Assembly: GCA_044440125.1 (NCBI GenBank)
Contig: JBITAJ010000017.1
Span: 1 to 64,000, forward strand
Length of the DNA stretch: 64,000 nucleotides
Direction of reading: 5' to 3'
Origin: Sedimentisphaeraceae bacterium JB056
Lineage (GTDB): Bacteria > Planctomycetota > Phycisphaerae > Sedimentisphaerales > Sedimentisphaeraceae
Part shown: positions 19,048 to 28,936 of the stretch, piece after piece
Position numbering within the stretch: position 1 is the first letter of the stretch
How the letters are laid out: the number at the start of each line of letters is the position of its first letter
The notes under the pieces: generated by a model
Told to the model about the DNA's origin: nothing
What the model saw: the letters and a program-made list of their open reading frames with translations, nothing else
Databases searched by the model: none
Program-made: the position numbers and the translations under genes

Positions 19048-19715
19048 CAGTCTATATCAATAAAGCCGTTATATTGTTTTTTCTGCTCTTTGGGTTTTAC
19101 GTATCCCATTCTTTTATTATGGAACTTTTTCCATATGAGCATGTAAAGGTAGCCCCAGATGGCTCCTGAGAACATGACGAGAAATAAGGGGTAGGTTATC
19201 TGGAGCAGTGCAGAGATGACAAGACAGATTATCATCACCTGCATTACGTTCATTTTTATTGTTGTACCCGGCAGCATCATAAGGCTTTTTCGCCTGATAA
19301 AGCCGTATGCTATTATCATTGCGTAACACAGACAGTTGGCTCCGAGCATGATGGCTTCCGGATGACCGATTGCCGCAGAGACGATTACCCAGGCCAGCCC
19401 GCTTAATATGGATACGACAGCAAGAAACAGGCAGAACGGTGCTCTTCCCATTTCTTTCTCTACATAATGGCCGATAAGCAGAAAGATCACTACGTTAATG
19501 CCGTATTGCAGAAAACCGCAATGGAAGAAGGTATATGTCAGAAGCGTCCATATTTTTAAGCTTTGTATGTTATCAGCCGAAAGAATCAGATGTGAAGCAA
19601 ATCCCGAGTTGCAGAACAATGAAACCAGACTTGCCGCTATCAGATAGATAGTTACTACAGGCGTGAACAGTGTGCTAATATCCACTTTTCCTACCGGTGC
19701 AGGATTGTATTCCAT
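19047..19715 (-). CDS. Rhomboid-family membrane protein, apparently lacking the catalytic dyad
   Basis: WTLLTYTFFH, G..VE..MG motifs, ~6 TM; GAN where GxS is expected; no His in the expected TM6 segment. Confidence 0.7.
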   Translation of the reverse strand: MEYNPAPVGKVDISTLFTPVVTIYLIAASLVSLFCNSGFASHLILSADNIQSLKIWTLLTYTFFHCGFLQYGINVVIFLLIGHYVEKEMGRAPFCLFLAVVSILSGLAWVIVSAAIGHPEAIMLGANCLCYAMIIAYGFIRRKSLMMLPGTTIKMNVMQVMIICLVISALLQITYPLFLVMFSGAIWGYLYMLIWKKFHNKRMGYVKPKEQKKQYNGFIDID

Positions 19716-19961
19716 AACCTTACCTCGCTATAATAATTATAATGAATTCATATTATAACGACATTATTGTTTATTTTCTTTGTATTTGCAAGGGAAATAT
19801 TATTCTGCTGTTTGCTGTTTTCATATGATCGTTCAGTTTTTTGATTTCGGCAGTCTGCATATGCGTCTGTGTTGGTTCTTTACAAATATCGGGGGTTTGG
19901 TATAATCTTTTGCGGTTTTATTAAGTTAGAAACGGGTTTTAAGGCGAGAAGAATTTTAATT

Positions 19962-21014
19962 ATGAATGAGCTAAAGAATATACTGGAGAGGGTTTATGAG
20001 GCAGATAGTCCGGCGTTTGATGACCTGGTCTATCTATTATCGCTGGATGATGCCGAGCAGAAGCAGCAGCTTTTCGACTATGCCGACTGGGTTCGCCATG
20101 AGCATTGCGGTGACGGGATTCTGCTCAGGGGCATAGTTGAGTTCTCAAATTACTGCCGTAATACTTGCCGTTATTGCGGTCTGCATAAGAATAACAGCTC
20201 AGTGGAGCGGTTTCGGCTTACAAAGGATGAGATAATTTCTGCGGCAGACAAGATATACAATGCCGGTTTGCGGACGGTGGTTCTGCAGGCGGGGGAAGAT
20301 GAGGATATGGGGGCTCAATGGCTTGCCAATGTGGTTCAGGAGATAAAAAGACGCTATGACAATGATGTCGCGGTAACTTTATCGGTTGGAGAATGGCATG
20401 TGCAGTATTACAAACTATGGCTTGAAGCCGGTGCCGACAGGTATCTTCTTAAGATCGAGAGCAGCGACCGGCAGCTTTACGAGAAGTTCCACCCGGGAAT
20501 GAGCTACGACAACAGGGTTCGGTGCATCGAAGATTTGAAGCTGCTGGGCTATCAGGTTGGAAGCGGTTCACTTGTCGGCCTTGGCGGACAGACGACTGAA
20601 ATTCTTGCGGCTGATATCCTGTTTTATAAGAAGTATGACTTTGATATGCTTGGCATAGGCCTTTTTATTCCGCACGGCAGTACCGATCTTAAGGATGCCC
20701 GTCGCGGCGACCTCGAGACGACCATAAAGATGCTTGCGGTTACGCGTATTGTGATGAAGAATACGCATCTTCCGGCTACGACAGCAACTGGGAGTATATC
20801 GGAGTATGACCACAGAATCGATGCCTTGAAGGCGGGGGCAAACGTGATAATGCCTAATTTTACGCCTGATGATTACAAAGAGCTCTACGAGATATATCCG
20901 AATAAACGATGTGTGAAAGAGAAGAATGCCGATCCGATTGCACCTGTAGCGAAAATGGCAAAAGAGATCGGCAGGTATGTGGATCTTTCCCGCGGTGATA
21001 CGCTCAAGAGGTAA
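19962..21014 (+). CDS. hydE: [FeFe]-hydrogenase maturase HydE (radical SAM, BioB-like)
   Basis: LRGIVEFSNYCRNTCRYCGL, GADRYLLKIE, AGANVIMPN.TP..Y...YEIYP; start taken at the internal ATG. Confidence 0.85.
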   Translation: MNELKNILERVYEADSPAFDDLVYLLSLDDAEQKQQLFDYADWVRHEHCGDGILLRGIVEFSNYCRNTCRYCGLHKNNSSVERFRLTKDEIISAADKIYNAGLRTVVLQAGEDEDMGAQWLANVVQEIKRRYDNDVAVTLSVGEWHVQYYKLWLEAGADRYLLKIESSDRQLYEKFHPGMSYDNRVRCIEDLKLLGYQVGSGSLVGLGGQTTEILAADILFYKKYDFDMLGIGLFIPHGSTDLKDARRGDLETTIKMLAVTRIVMKNTHLPATTATGSISEYDHRIDALKAGANVIMPNFTPDDYKELYEIYPNKRCVKEKNADPIAPVAKMAKEIGRYVDLSRGDTLKR

Positions 21015-21189
21015 TCGGTCGTTTTTCCCGCTTATTACTGTCCCGATTCTGATTTGATGCGGCAGTTTGAGCCAAGAAAAAACTTGCCGTTTGATTCGTA
21101 TAATATAAAATAAGTGAATATTAATTCATTACAACAATAACAGCAGGTGCATTCCGGCAGGGTGTGTCAGCTTTTTTAGGATTTCGAGC

Positions 21190-22176
21190 GTGATATTCGA
21201 CAATATAGAAAAACTTGCCCAGATAAGTGATAAATGGGTGCTGTCAATTGGGAATTTTGACGGTTTTCATAAAGGCCATCAGGAAATAATATCCACGGCA
21301 ATCAAGCGGGCCAGAGAACTGAACTGCAAGATGGCTGTGATAACATTCCGGCCTCATCCGGCGGCCATATTACGTCCGGAAAGGGCACCTGAACTTATAA
21401 GCACTTTTGAGCTGAAATGCAATAACATCATGGAATTTGGCGTTGATGCTGTCGTTGCGATTGAGGACAGTTATTCGCTCTTGAATATGTCGCCTGAGAA
21501 GTTTGTGGACGATTTCCTGACGAAATATATTCAACCTCTTGCTATCGTAGAGGGTGAGAATTTTCACTTCGGTTACGGCAGAAGCGGCAATATCGCTACC
21601 CTTGAAAGGCTTGGTAAGGATAGGGGATTCGAGGCGATTGATGTTGAGCTTAAGAAGCTGCGGTTCTGTGATGGTGTGCAGCGGGTTTCGAGTACGCTTG
21701 TTAGGGATTTCCTGATTGATGGCCGTGTTGAAGATGCATGTGAGGCTATGGGCAGGGAGTTTCGGCTTGTAGGCGAAGTAATTGAAGGCCGCGGTATTGG
21801 GCGAAGTTTGGGCTTTCCAACCGCCAATATTAATCCTGATGGTCAGATAATACCTGCTGATGGTGTGTATGCCGGCTGGGTTACTATTGGTGAAGATGAG
21901 CGTGATGCAAGCCAGAAAAGTGACTTTTTGCCTGCTGTTTACAGCCTTGGACGTGCCAAAACATTTGTTGGTGAGAATCCGCTGTTGATCGAGGCGCATA
22001 TACTTTCCGATGATCAGAAAGTGAAAGACGGTATCTATAAAAAATGGATTGCAATGGATTTTGCAGCCAAGATCAGACCGCAGCAGCGATTTGAAAACGT
22101 AGAAAAGCTCAAAGAACAAATCGCAAAAGACTGCGCCACGGCAAAAGAGATTTTAAATAGTAAACATCAAAGATAG
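21190..22176 (+). CDS. ribF: Bifunctional riboflavin kinase/FAD synthetase
   Basis: GNFDGFHKGHQ, F.FG..RSG, VSST.VR, GRSLGFPTAN, IEAHI. Confidence 0.95.
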   Translation: MIFDNIEKLAQISDKWVLSIGNFDGFHKGHQEIISTAIKRARELNCKMAVITFRPHPAAILRPERAPELISTFELKCNNIMEFGVDAVVAIEDSYSLLNMSPEKFVDDFLTKYIQPLAIVEGENFHFGYGRSGNIATLERLGKDRGFEAIDVELKKLRFCDGVQRVSSTLVRDFLIDGRVEDACEAMGREFRLVGEVIEGRGIGRSLGFPTANINPDGQIIPADGVYAGWVTIGEDERDASQKSDFLPAVYSLGRAKTFVGENPLLIEAHILSDDQKVKDGIYKKWIAMDFAAKIRPQQRFENVEKLKEQIAKDCATAKEILNSKHQR

Positions 22177-22194
22177 AGACGGGGGTGTTTTGAA

Positions 22195-22452
22195 TTAAGA
22201 GATATCCTCAAACATTTCATCTACGGAATTATATTCTGATAGATTTTTGCGGGTTCTGATGTTTTCTATTGCCTGAGCGGTTTCTTCGTTAGGGATTTTG
22301 ATGTCAAAAGGTATGCTCTTGGTTAGTGAAACCTGTTGAAGAAACAGGGCTATAGCATCGGACATTGAAATGTGCAGTCTTGACAGCACTTCTTTAGCCG
22401 ATTCTTTAGTCTCATGATTTATTCGTATCTGAATTGTGTCGTTTTTAGTCAT
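22195..22452 (-). CDS. RelB/DinJ-family antitoxin (no adjacent toxin gene)
   Basis: IQIRI..ETKE.A..VL..L.ISMSDAI.LFL.QV....IPFDI..PNEET..AI pattern; start may be 22485. Confidence 0.85.
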   Translation of the reverse strand: MTKNDTIQIRINHETKESAKEVLSRLHISMSDAIALFLQQVSLTKSIPFDIKIPNEETAQAIENIRTRKNLSEYNSVDEMFEDIS

Positions 22453-22660
22453 GTTTTGGCCATCTGTATCATTGTGTAGTGACATTGTAAATACATAATG
22501 ATTTTACGCTAAAATGTCTCAAATTACAAGAAAAATCTGTATTTGAATGTCTTTCACCAGAGCAATCATATTTTAATGTTTGTTTTTGAGGTCAAAGATA
22601 GAAGGTTTTATATTTTTGTATTATACTTGAGCGATGTCCATGCATAATTGATTATTAAAA

Positions 22661-23728
22661 TCAAATTTTAAGGTCTGGAAAATTTTCTGAATCGCAAATT
22701 TGATTATGATAATTCTTAACCCATAATAACTTTTGCATGATTTTGTAATCGCCCTTCTTTGCTTCATCAATTTTTTTTAAGATAACCCCTTTATGCATTT
22801 GGATATTTTCTTTATAAATAATGTCATTGCAATCTAATTTTGAGATGTATTTTAGGACAGTCATACCATCATTATCTACGAATAACAACATTTCCATAAA
22901 ATTATGTAATTCATCTCCAAGCGGATAAGGTAACTGGCTTAATCTTGTATCTAATGCAGAATTCAATTCTATTAGAATTTTTCCTGTTATATCTTGTTCT
23001 TTTCTTAATAAATCAATTATAGGATTAAAGAATTGTTTAATTAAGCCGTATTGTTTGTCGTCTTTGAATACATCCAAACTTTCAGTGTAGAGTTTCAGTA
23101 ATCTTTGTTGAAGTTCTAAGGGAAGGGTGTTCTGGTTTTCTTTCAATTGAAACGCAATTTCATTAATCCCAAGTAGTGTTTCCTTGGTGTCTCTAACTTT
23201 ATTTGGACCATTTTTTATAATATTTAAAATGTCAAAACATGGATTATCGATTATAATACGTGGGTAAATAGCAATTTCTGACTCTATTTTATATGCGTCA
23301 ATTAGAGATTTACCAAACACAAAACGGTCGTTTTGGTAAAAATCTCCTTGTACGATTGCTCCACGCATTAGTAAGCCATGCTGAAGTATACAATTTCTTT
23401 GTATTCGGAAACAGGCGGTTATGATAGCTAATAATGGAATCAATTTTTCTATAGTATCGTTGCTATTCCGAATGCTAATATAAATAATAATATTGTCAGA
23501 AAATATCCGACCATTAATATTTTTTTCTAATAATCCTTTCGTGATATTAACGCCATCAATCATTTTGCTTACATCAGCAATTGATTCTTCAATTGAACTG
23601 ATTGCTTTATTAATATTATTAAGCAGAATGTTTTGATTGTTGTTTTTGATTTCGTTTTTGTAGCCGAGGATATCTAAGTAGGCTACAAAGTGTGGAGTAA
23701 CTTTCATTTCTTCTTCTGATGTTTTCAT
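22661..23728 (-). CDS. Hypothetical protein with a class III nucleotide cyclase-like N-terminal domain (AT-rich gene)
   Basis: VAYLDILGY, FSDN, MRGAIVQG, FGKSLIDAYKIES..AIYPRIIID; visibly more AT-rich than neighbours. Confidence 0.55.
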   Translation of the reverse strand: MKTSEEEMKVTPHFVAYLDILGYKNEIKNNNQNILLNNINKAISSIEESIADVSKMIDGVNITKGLLEKNINGRIFSDNIIIYISIRNSNDTIEKLIPLLAIITACFRIQRNCILQHGLLMRGAIVQGDFYQNDRFVFGKSLIDAYKIESEIAIYPRIIIDNPCFDILNIIKNGPNKVRDTKETLLGINEIAFQLKENQNTLPLELQQRLLKLYTESLDVFKDDKQYGLIKQFFNPIIDLLRKEQDITGKILIELNSALDTRLSQLPYPLGDELHNFMEMLLFVDNDGMTVLKYISKLDCNDIIYKENIQMHKGVILKKIDEAKKGDYKIMQKLLWVKNYHNQICDSENFPDLKI

Positions 23729-23749
23729 TTTCTCCCTTGAAGTATTGTA

Positions 23750-25543
23750 TCACTGCTTATTTATTTTCAGTTTGTTCCAGAGCTTTATCAGTCCTAACAT
23801 GCTTATTATGCATGTGGCGGATAGGATTATTGCGGGCAGGCGGTTTGAATAAATCCAGTATCCCGTTGCGAACAGACCGCTGTATATTCCAATACTTGCT
23901 ATCAGCATACACAATATCCCTGTCGGCAACTCCCAACTGTCATCAACGGCTTTTCCGCTATCGCTCTGCTGGATCTTGGCTCTTATTTTTTTCCAGCCGG
24001 GGCCTCCGGGTTGGGTCTTGATGTAGAATTCTTTGAGTGTTTCCTCATCTGACGGCTGGGTTAGGAATGTAGTTGCTACCCAGCATACTGTGGTAATTGC
24101 TACCGCTACGAGCAGTTTTGTAGTCGGGTCGATTTCCACAAGCCCCATTGCCGGATGGATTATCTCGAAATATATCGCCACCAGTACCGATGAAACCATT
24201 GCCGCGATTTCGGAAAATGCGTTTATTCTCCACCAGAACCATCTCAGTATAAACAGCAGACCTGTTCCGGCTCCTATCTGCATGAGAATGTAGAATGCTT
24301 TGCCCGCATTTTGCAAAAGCGGTGCGAGCAGGCAGGCGGCAACCATGAGTATTGCGGTGGAGAGTCTGCCGATAAGCACGAGGCGTTTTTCCGGAGCATC
24401 TGGGTTTACGAATCGTTTGTAAAAGTCGTTTACAATGTATGATGAGCCCCAATTGAGGTGGGTTGATATTGTTGACATGTATGCCGCGATCAGCGATGCA
24501 AGTACCATCCCAAGCAAGCCAGAGGGCAGAAGCGTAAGCATTGCGGGGTAGGCGATATCGTTTTTGATTATGCTTTCATCAACATTTGGGAATGCTTCTT
24601 TTATCGATGCGAGATCGGGATATACGAGCAGTGAACAGAGGGCTACGATTATCCACGGCCATGGGCGAAGTGCGTAATGTGCGATGTTGAAAAAGAGCGT
24701 TGCGACTACGGCGTTTTTCTCATCTTTTGCCGCAAGCATTCGCTGCACGAGGTAGCCGCCGCCTCCGGGCTCTGAGCCGGGATACCATACGCTCCACCAT
24801 TGTACGGTGAGCGGGATTATGAAGACGGTGAGTGCGAGTTTTGTGTTTGAGAAGTCGGGCAGTATTGAGAGCTTATCCGTTACTGCCGGATTGGTGAGAA
24901 GTGATGAAAGCCCGCCGACTGCCGGTTGGGCAAGGGCGATTTTTGCCGCCATTATCGCGCCGAACATTGCTATCATGAATTGGAAAAAATCGGTTATCAG
25001 TACGCCGGTGAGCCCGCCGAGCATGCTGTATGCTACCGTTACGATAGCGGCGATTGTTACAGTCTGCATGGGAGTAAGCCCAAGCATTACGCCGCCGATC
25101 TTGATAGCGGCAAGCGTTACCGATGCCATTATCACGATGTTGAAGAATACGCCGAGGTATATTGTGCGGAATCCGCGGAGAAAAGCGGCTGATTTGCCGC
25201 TGTACCGCATTTCATAAAATTCGATGTCGGTAAGTACCTGCGATCTGCGCCAGAGCTTGGAGTATACGAATGTTGTCAGAGTACCCGTAAGCAGGAATGC
25301 CCACCATACCCAGTTGCCGCTTACGCCGTCCCTGCGGACGATATCGGTTACGAGGTTTGGTGTGTCGGTGGAGAATGTGGTTGCCACCATCGATACCCCC
25401 AGCAGCCACCACGGCATCTGACGACCTGAGAGAAAGAAATCTGATGAGCTTTTGCCCGCTCGTTTGGATACTATTATTCCTATAAGAAGCGAAAACGCGA
25501 AAAACAGGAATATGATTACCCAGTCAATTGCACTTAATGTCAT
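23750..25543 (-). CDS. Sodium:solute symporter (SSS family)
   Basis: DFFLSGRQMPWW, SMVATTFSTD, GGL.GV..TD..Q, QRMLAAKDE, AAYMST; many TM helices. Confidence 0.92.
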   Translation of the reverse strand: MTLSAIDWVIIFLFFAFSLLIGIIVSKRAGKSSSDFFLSGRQMPWWLLGVSMVATTFSTDTPNLVTDIVRRDGVSGNWVWWAFLLTGTLTTFVYSKLWRRSQVLTDIEFYEMRYSGKSAAFLRGFRTIYLGVFFNIVIMASVTLAAIKIGGVMLGLTPMQTVTIAAIVTVAYSMLGGLTGVLITDFFQFMIAMFGAIMAAKIALAQPAVGGLSSLLTNPAVTDKLSILPDFSNTKLALTVFIIPLTVQWWSVWYPGSEPGGGGYLVQRMLAAKDEKNAVVATLFFNIAHYALRPWPWIIVALCSLLVYPDLASIKEAFPNVDESIIKNDIAYPAMLTLLPSGLLGMVLASLIAAYMSTISTHLNWGSSYIVNDFYKRFVNPDAPEKRLVLIGRLSTAILMVAACLLAPLLQNAGKAFYILMQIGAGTGLLFILRWFWWRINAFSEIAAMVSSVLVAIYFEIIHPAMGLVEIDPTTKLLVAVAITTVCWVATTFLTQPSDEETLKEFYIKTQPGGPGWKKIRAKIQQSDSGKAVDDSWELPTGILCMLIASIGIYSGLFATGYWIYSNRLPAIILSATCIISMLGLIKLWNKLKINKQ

Positions 25544-25932
25544 TTCATTTGCCCTCTAAAAAATACTATAAGCCTCAGTAAATAACTATATTGATTATAA
25601 GGATGTATGAGGAAAAGGAAATAGTTTTTTGTAGAAGTGGAATTTGCAGTATTGCAGTAGGATTCAAAATTGAAAATGAACGAGCGGTAAAAAAGTTTGA
25701 AAAAATCTTGATATAAATTACAACATAGTGACATATGTTTATAAGTGTCATTGATATATAAAAGAACAATATGGATGATAAAGAAAAAACAATTCAGTTA
25801 TTCGAAAATTTCGAATAACTACTGCTAAGATAGTTGACAATTCAAATAGCGAAAAACAGGCAATAGGTCATAATAGTTGTTTAAAACTGGAGATTTAAGC
25901 CTGCATTCTTACGGCCAGTGGTACTGTTGATG

Positions 25933-26820
25933 TTAGCGGGAGGATTTTCTGTATTGGAGAGGGCTTTGGGTTGTTTTCTTTTTGAACAGTTCGGAGAAGT
26001 AGTATATTGAGCTGAAGCCGAGTGTTTGGGCGATCTGGCTTATTGGGAGGGTTGTTGAGCGGAGGAGTCTTTCGGCTTTGTGGAGTTTTAAGTTTAGCCG
26101 ATATTGGTAAGGTGTGAAGCCGGTTATTTCCTTGAACGTTTTTCTAAAGAGTGAGTAGCTCATGTTAAGCTCAGTAGCAAGTTGTTTCAAATCGAGCGTG
26201 GTTTCGAGGTTTTCAGTGAGTTTTTTTCTTCCCTTTCGTATAGCATCAGATTTTTCGATATCCTCATTTTTCTGGATGTCCATTTCGGCGTTGAGTATTG
26301 CCATGAGGCTGAACGCTGATGCCGAGAGCATATACTCGAAGCCGTGAGGTTCGTATTGAGCGGTTTCGATTATCTCCATGAAAAGCGAGGATACTTTGGC
26401 TTCATCATTGATCTTTATTATTGGATTGTGTGGGTTCAGACGCGTTTTCTTGATGAAGCGGGTTGCCATTTCGCCGTCAAATTCTATCCAGTATTCATCC
26501 CAGCCGGTATTGATGTCCGGTTTGTATCTGTGCCATATTCCGGGAAGTATGCTGAAAAGTGAGCCTGCGGTTATCTGTTGTTTGCCGCTTTCTTTTGATT
26601 CGAAGATGCCGCCGCCTTTGGGGATATATACAAGGGTTACAGTATTTAGCACTCTGCCGGCAAGGAAGTTGAAGTCGTGTCCTTCGGGGTGAATTTCCGG
26701 CGGGTAGGGTTGATTGGGCAAGATACTGCTCCTGCCGCAGCTTATCACGTAGAGTCCCCAGTCTTGCAGTTTGCGGCTGCTGGGGAAGTATTTGAAGAAA
26801 TTTTCTTTATTATTTGTCAT
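25933..26820 (-). CDS. AraC-family transcriptional regulator
   Basis: Cupin-like PGIWHRY.P...GWDEYWIEF plus double HTH ending LGFSSIYYFSELFKK; divergent from the isomerase gene. Confidence 0.92.
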   Translation of the reverse strand: MTNNKENFFKYFPSSRKLQDWGLYVISCGRSSILPNQPYPPEIHPEGHDFNFLAGRVLNTVTLVYIPKGGGIFESKESGKQQITAGSLFSILPGIWHRYKPDINTGWDEYWIEFDGEMATRFIKKTRLNPHNPIIKINDEAKVSSLFMEIIETAQYEPHGFEYMLSASAFSLMAILNAEMDIQKNEDIEKSDAIRKGRKKLTENLETTLDLKQLATELNMSYSLFRKTFKEITGFTPYQYRLNLKLHKAERLLRSTTLPISQIAQTLGFSSIYYFSELFKKKTTQSPLQYRKSSR

Positions 26821-26910
26821 AATACGTAAAAAAAATGCCAAAAAACGTATTTTAATCATCTGTATGCTGTGTAATAATATCATATAGTGTAAATTTAAGC
26901 AAGAAGATAG

Positions 26911-27004
26911 AATTACGAATTTAGAAGAAGTTCGCGGTTCGTAGCGAGTAGAAATATGGCTCTCGCCGTTTTGATATGTTGCTGCGAACCGCGAACTGCG
27001 AACT
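26911..27004 (+). repeat. Heptamer-based hairpin element A
   Basis: Stem agttcgcggttcgtagcga / ttgctgcgaaccgcgaact; ends in (g)cgaac(c/t) 7-mers. Confidence 0.7.
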
Positions 27005-27024
27005 ATATTTAAGAGGATAATATT

Positions 27025-28449
27025 ATGGCTGAAAAAATTAAAGTCGGTTTGTTTGGGATAGGTCTTGATACTTACTGGGGTCAGTTTGATGGTCTTCTTG
27101 ACAGGCTTATGGGGTATCAGGGGCAGATTGCCGAAAAAATAGGCGGTATGGGCGTCAGCGTGGTTGATGCTGGTATGGTTGATAATCCAACAAAGGCCAC
27201 GGGAGCGGCTGAGCTTTTCAGGCGTGAGCAGGTTGACGTTATATTTTTGTATATCTCGACTTACGCGCTTTCCTCAACTGTGCTTCCGGTGGTTCAGAAG
27301 ACAAATTTGCCGGTGGTTGTGCTGAACTTGCAGCCGGTAGCGGCAATCGATTATGAAAAATTCAACGCAATGGGTGATCGCGGCAAGATGACGGGGGAGT
27401 GGCTTGCTCATTGTCAGGCTTGTTCTGTGCCGGAGATTGCGTGTGTGTTCAATCGCTGCAATATCGATTATCATCTTGTTACCGGCCATCTTGGTCAGGA
27501 TTGTGTCTGGCAGGAGATAAATGACTGGGTTGATGCGGCAAGGGTTAGGCATACGATGTCTAATAGCCGTGTTGGTGTGCTTGGTCATTATTACTGCGGC
27601 ATGCTTGATGTTTACAGTGATCTTACGCAGCAGTCGGGGGTGTTCGGTAACCATTTCGAGTTGCTGGAGATGTGCCAGTTGAATGAATTGCGTAAGGCGG
27701 TAACAGATAGTCAGGTGGCTGAGAAGATTGCTGAGTTCAATGAGAAATTCGATGTGTCGCCGGAGTGTGAGCTGGTAGAGCTTGAAAGAGCGGCAAAGAC
27801 ATCATGTGCACTTGATGCGATGATAGAAAATAATGATCTTGGAGCTATGGCTTACTATTATGAAGGGGCTGCGGGTAATGAGTACGAGAATATTGTAACG
27901 AGCGTTATTGCTGGAAATACACTTCTTACCGGTCGGGGAGTGCCGATTGCAGGTGAGTGTGAGGTGAAGAACGTTATGGCGATGAAGATAATGGACTCTT
28001 TGGGTGCGGGCGGGTCGTTCTCGGAGTTTTATGCGATGGATTTCGATGATGATATCGTGATGCTTGGGCATGATGGGCCTGCGCATTTTGCGATAGCTGA
28101 GGGCCGGGTCGGGCTTGTGCCGTTGCCTATATATCACGGCAAGCCGGGCAAGGGGCTTTCTATCCAAATGAGCGTGAAAAACGGACCTGTTACTATTCTC
28201 AGCGTTGTTCAGGGCGGCGGCGGTGAGGTTTCACTTTTGGTTGCCGAGGGTGACTGCGTGCCGGGGCCTGTACTTCATATAGGAAACACGAACAGCAGGT
28301 ATCGTTTCAGTATTGGTGCAAAGGGCTTTATGGACAACTGGTCTATGGCCGGGCCTGCTCATCACTGCGCGATCGGTGTTGGACATATTGCTGACAAAAT
28401 TGAGAAACTTTCAAAGCTTCTTGGCATCAAATGTAATAGAATTTGTTGA
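27025..28449 (+). CDS. L-fucose/L-arabinose isomerase family protein
   Basis: GMLDVYSD, AGECEVKN, SFSEFY..DF...MLGHDGP.H, GPAHH.A.G.GH motifs. Confidence 0.85.
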   Translation: MAEKIKVGLFGIGLDTYWGQFDGLLDRLMGYQGQIAEKIGGMGVSVVDAGMVDNPTKATGAAELFRREQVDVIFLYISTYALSSTVLPVVQKTNLPVVVLNLQPVAAIDYEKFNAMGDRGKMTGEWLAHCQACSVPEIACVFNRCNIDYHLVTGHLGQDCVWQEINDWVDAARVRHTMSNSRVGVLGHYYCGMLDVYSDLTQQSGVFGNHFELLEMCQLNELRKAVTDSQVAEKIAEFNEKFDVSPECELVELERAAKTSCALDAMIENNDLGAMAYYYEGAAGNEYENIVTSVIAGNTLLTGRGVPIAGECEVKNVMAMKIMDSLGAGGSFSEFYAMDFDDDIVMLGHDGPAHFAIAEGRVGLVPLPIYHGKPGKGLSIQMSVKNGPVTILSVVQGGGGEVSLLVAEGDCVPGPVLHIGNTNSRYRFSIGAKGFMDNWSMAGPAHHCAIGVGHIADKIEKLSKLLGIKCNRIC

Positions 28450-28503
28450 TATAAACGAGATTTGAGGATAAGATATAATAGCAATTGATAATTAACAATT
28501 TAA

Positions 28504-28589
28504 GAAGTTAGGAGTTAGTAGATAGAAGTTAGTAGAAATTTGGGTAAAGCATTTCAATTCTATCTTTTGTATTCTAAATTCTAACTCCT
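28504..28589 (+). repeat. Heptamer-based hairpin element B
   Basis: gaagtta ggagtta gtagata gaagtta; aggagttag/ctaactcct and agatagaa/ttctatct are complementary. Confidence 0.6.
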
Positions 28590-28612
28590 TGCAAGTTACA
28601 GGAGATTTTTGT

Positions 28613-28930
28613 ATGAAACGATGTGCTTTCAAAATGAATTTGTCGTCAGGTAATGTTGAGGAATACAAGAAACGTCATGATGAAATCTGGCCGGAACTCG
28701 TTGATGAGCTTCGCAAGGCGGGCGTTCAGAACTATTCAATCTATTATGATGAGGATACGCAGACGCTTTTCGCTTTCCAGGAGCAGACATCTGACAGCAC
28801 TGCCGATCAACTGCCGGAGAGTGAAATTGTAAAGAAGTGGTGGGCGTATATGAATGACGGCATCATGGAATACAACGACAAGGATCAGCCTGTAGCTATC
28901 GAACTTAAAGAAGTGTTCCATATGGACTGA
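28613..28930 (+). CDS. rhaM: L-rhamnose mutarotase
   Basis: EEYKKRHDEIWPEL...G..NYSIY, KKWWAYM, EVFHMD; RBS aggag. Confidence 0.92.
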   Translation: MKRCAFKMNLSSGNVEEYKKRHDEIWPELVDELRKAGVQNYSIYYDEDTQTLFAFQEQTSDSTADQLPESEIVKKWWAYMNDGIMEYNDKDQPVAIELKEVFHMD

Positions 28931-28936
28931 CATTTC

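Noticed and set aside
25540..25930. Short ORFs and palindromes (TGACA-N12-TGTCA at 25729-25750; ttattcgaaaatttcgaataa near 25800) upstream of the SSS gene
   Set aside because: ORFs look like AT-rich noise; the palindromes may be operators but cannot be assigned
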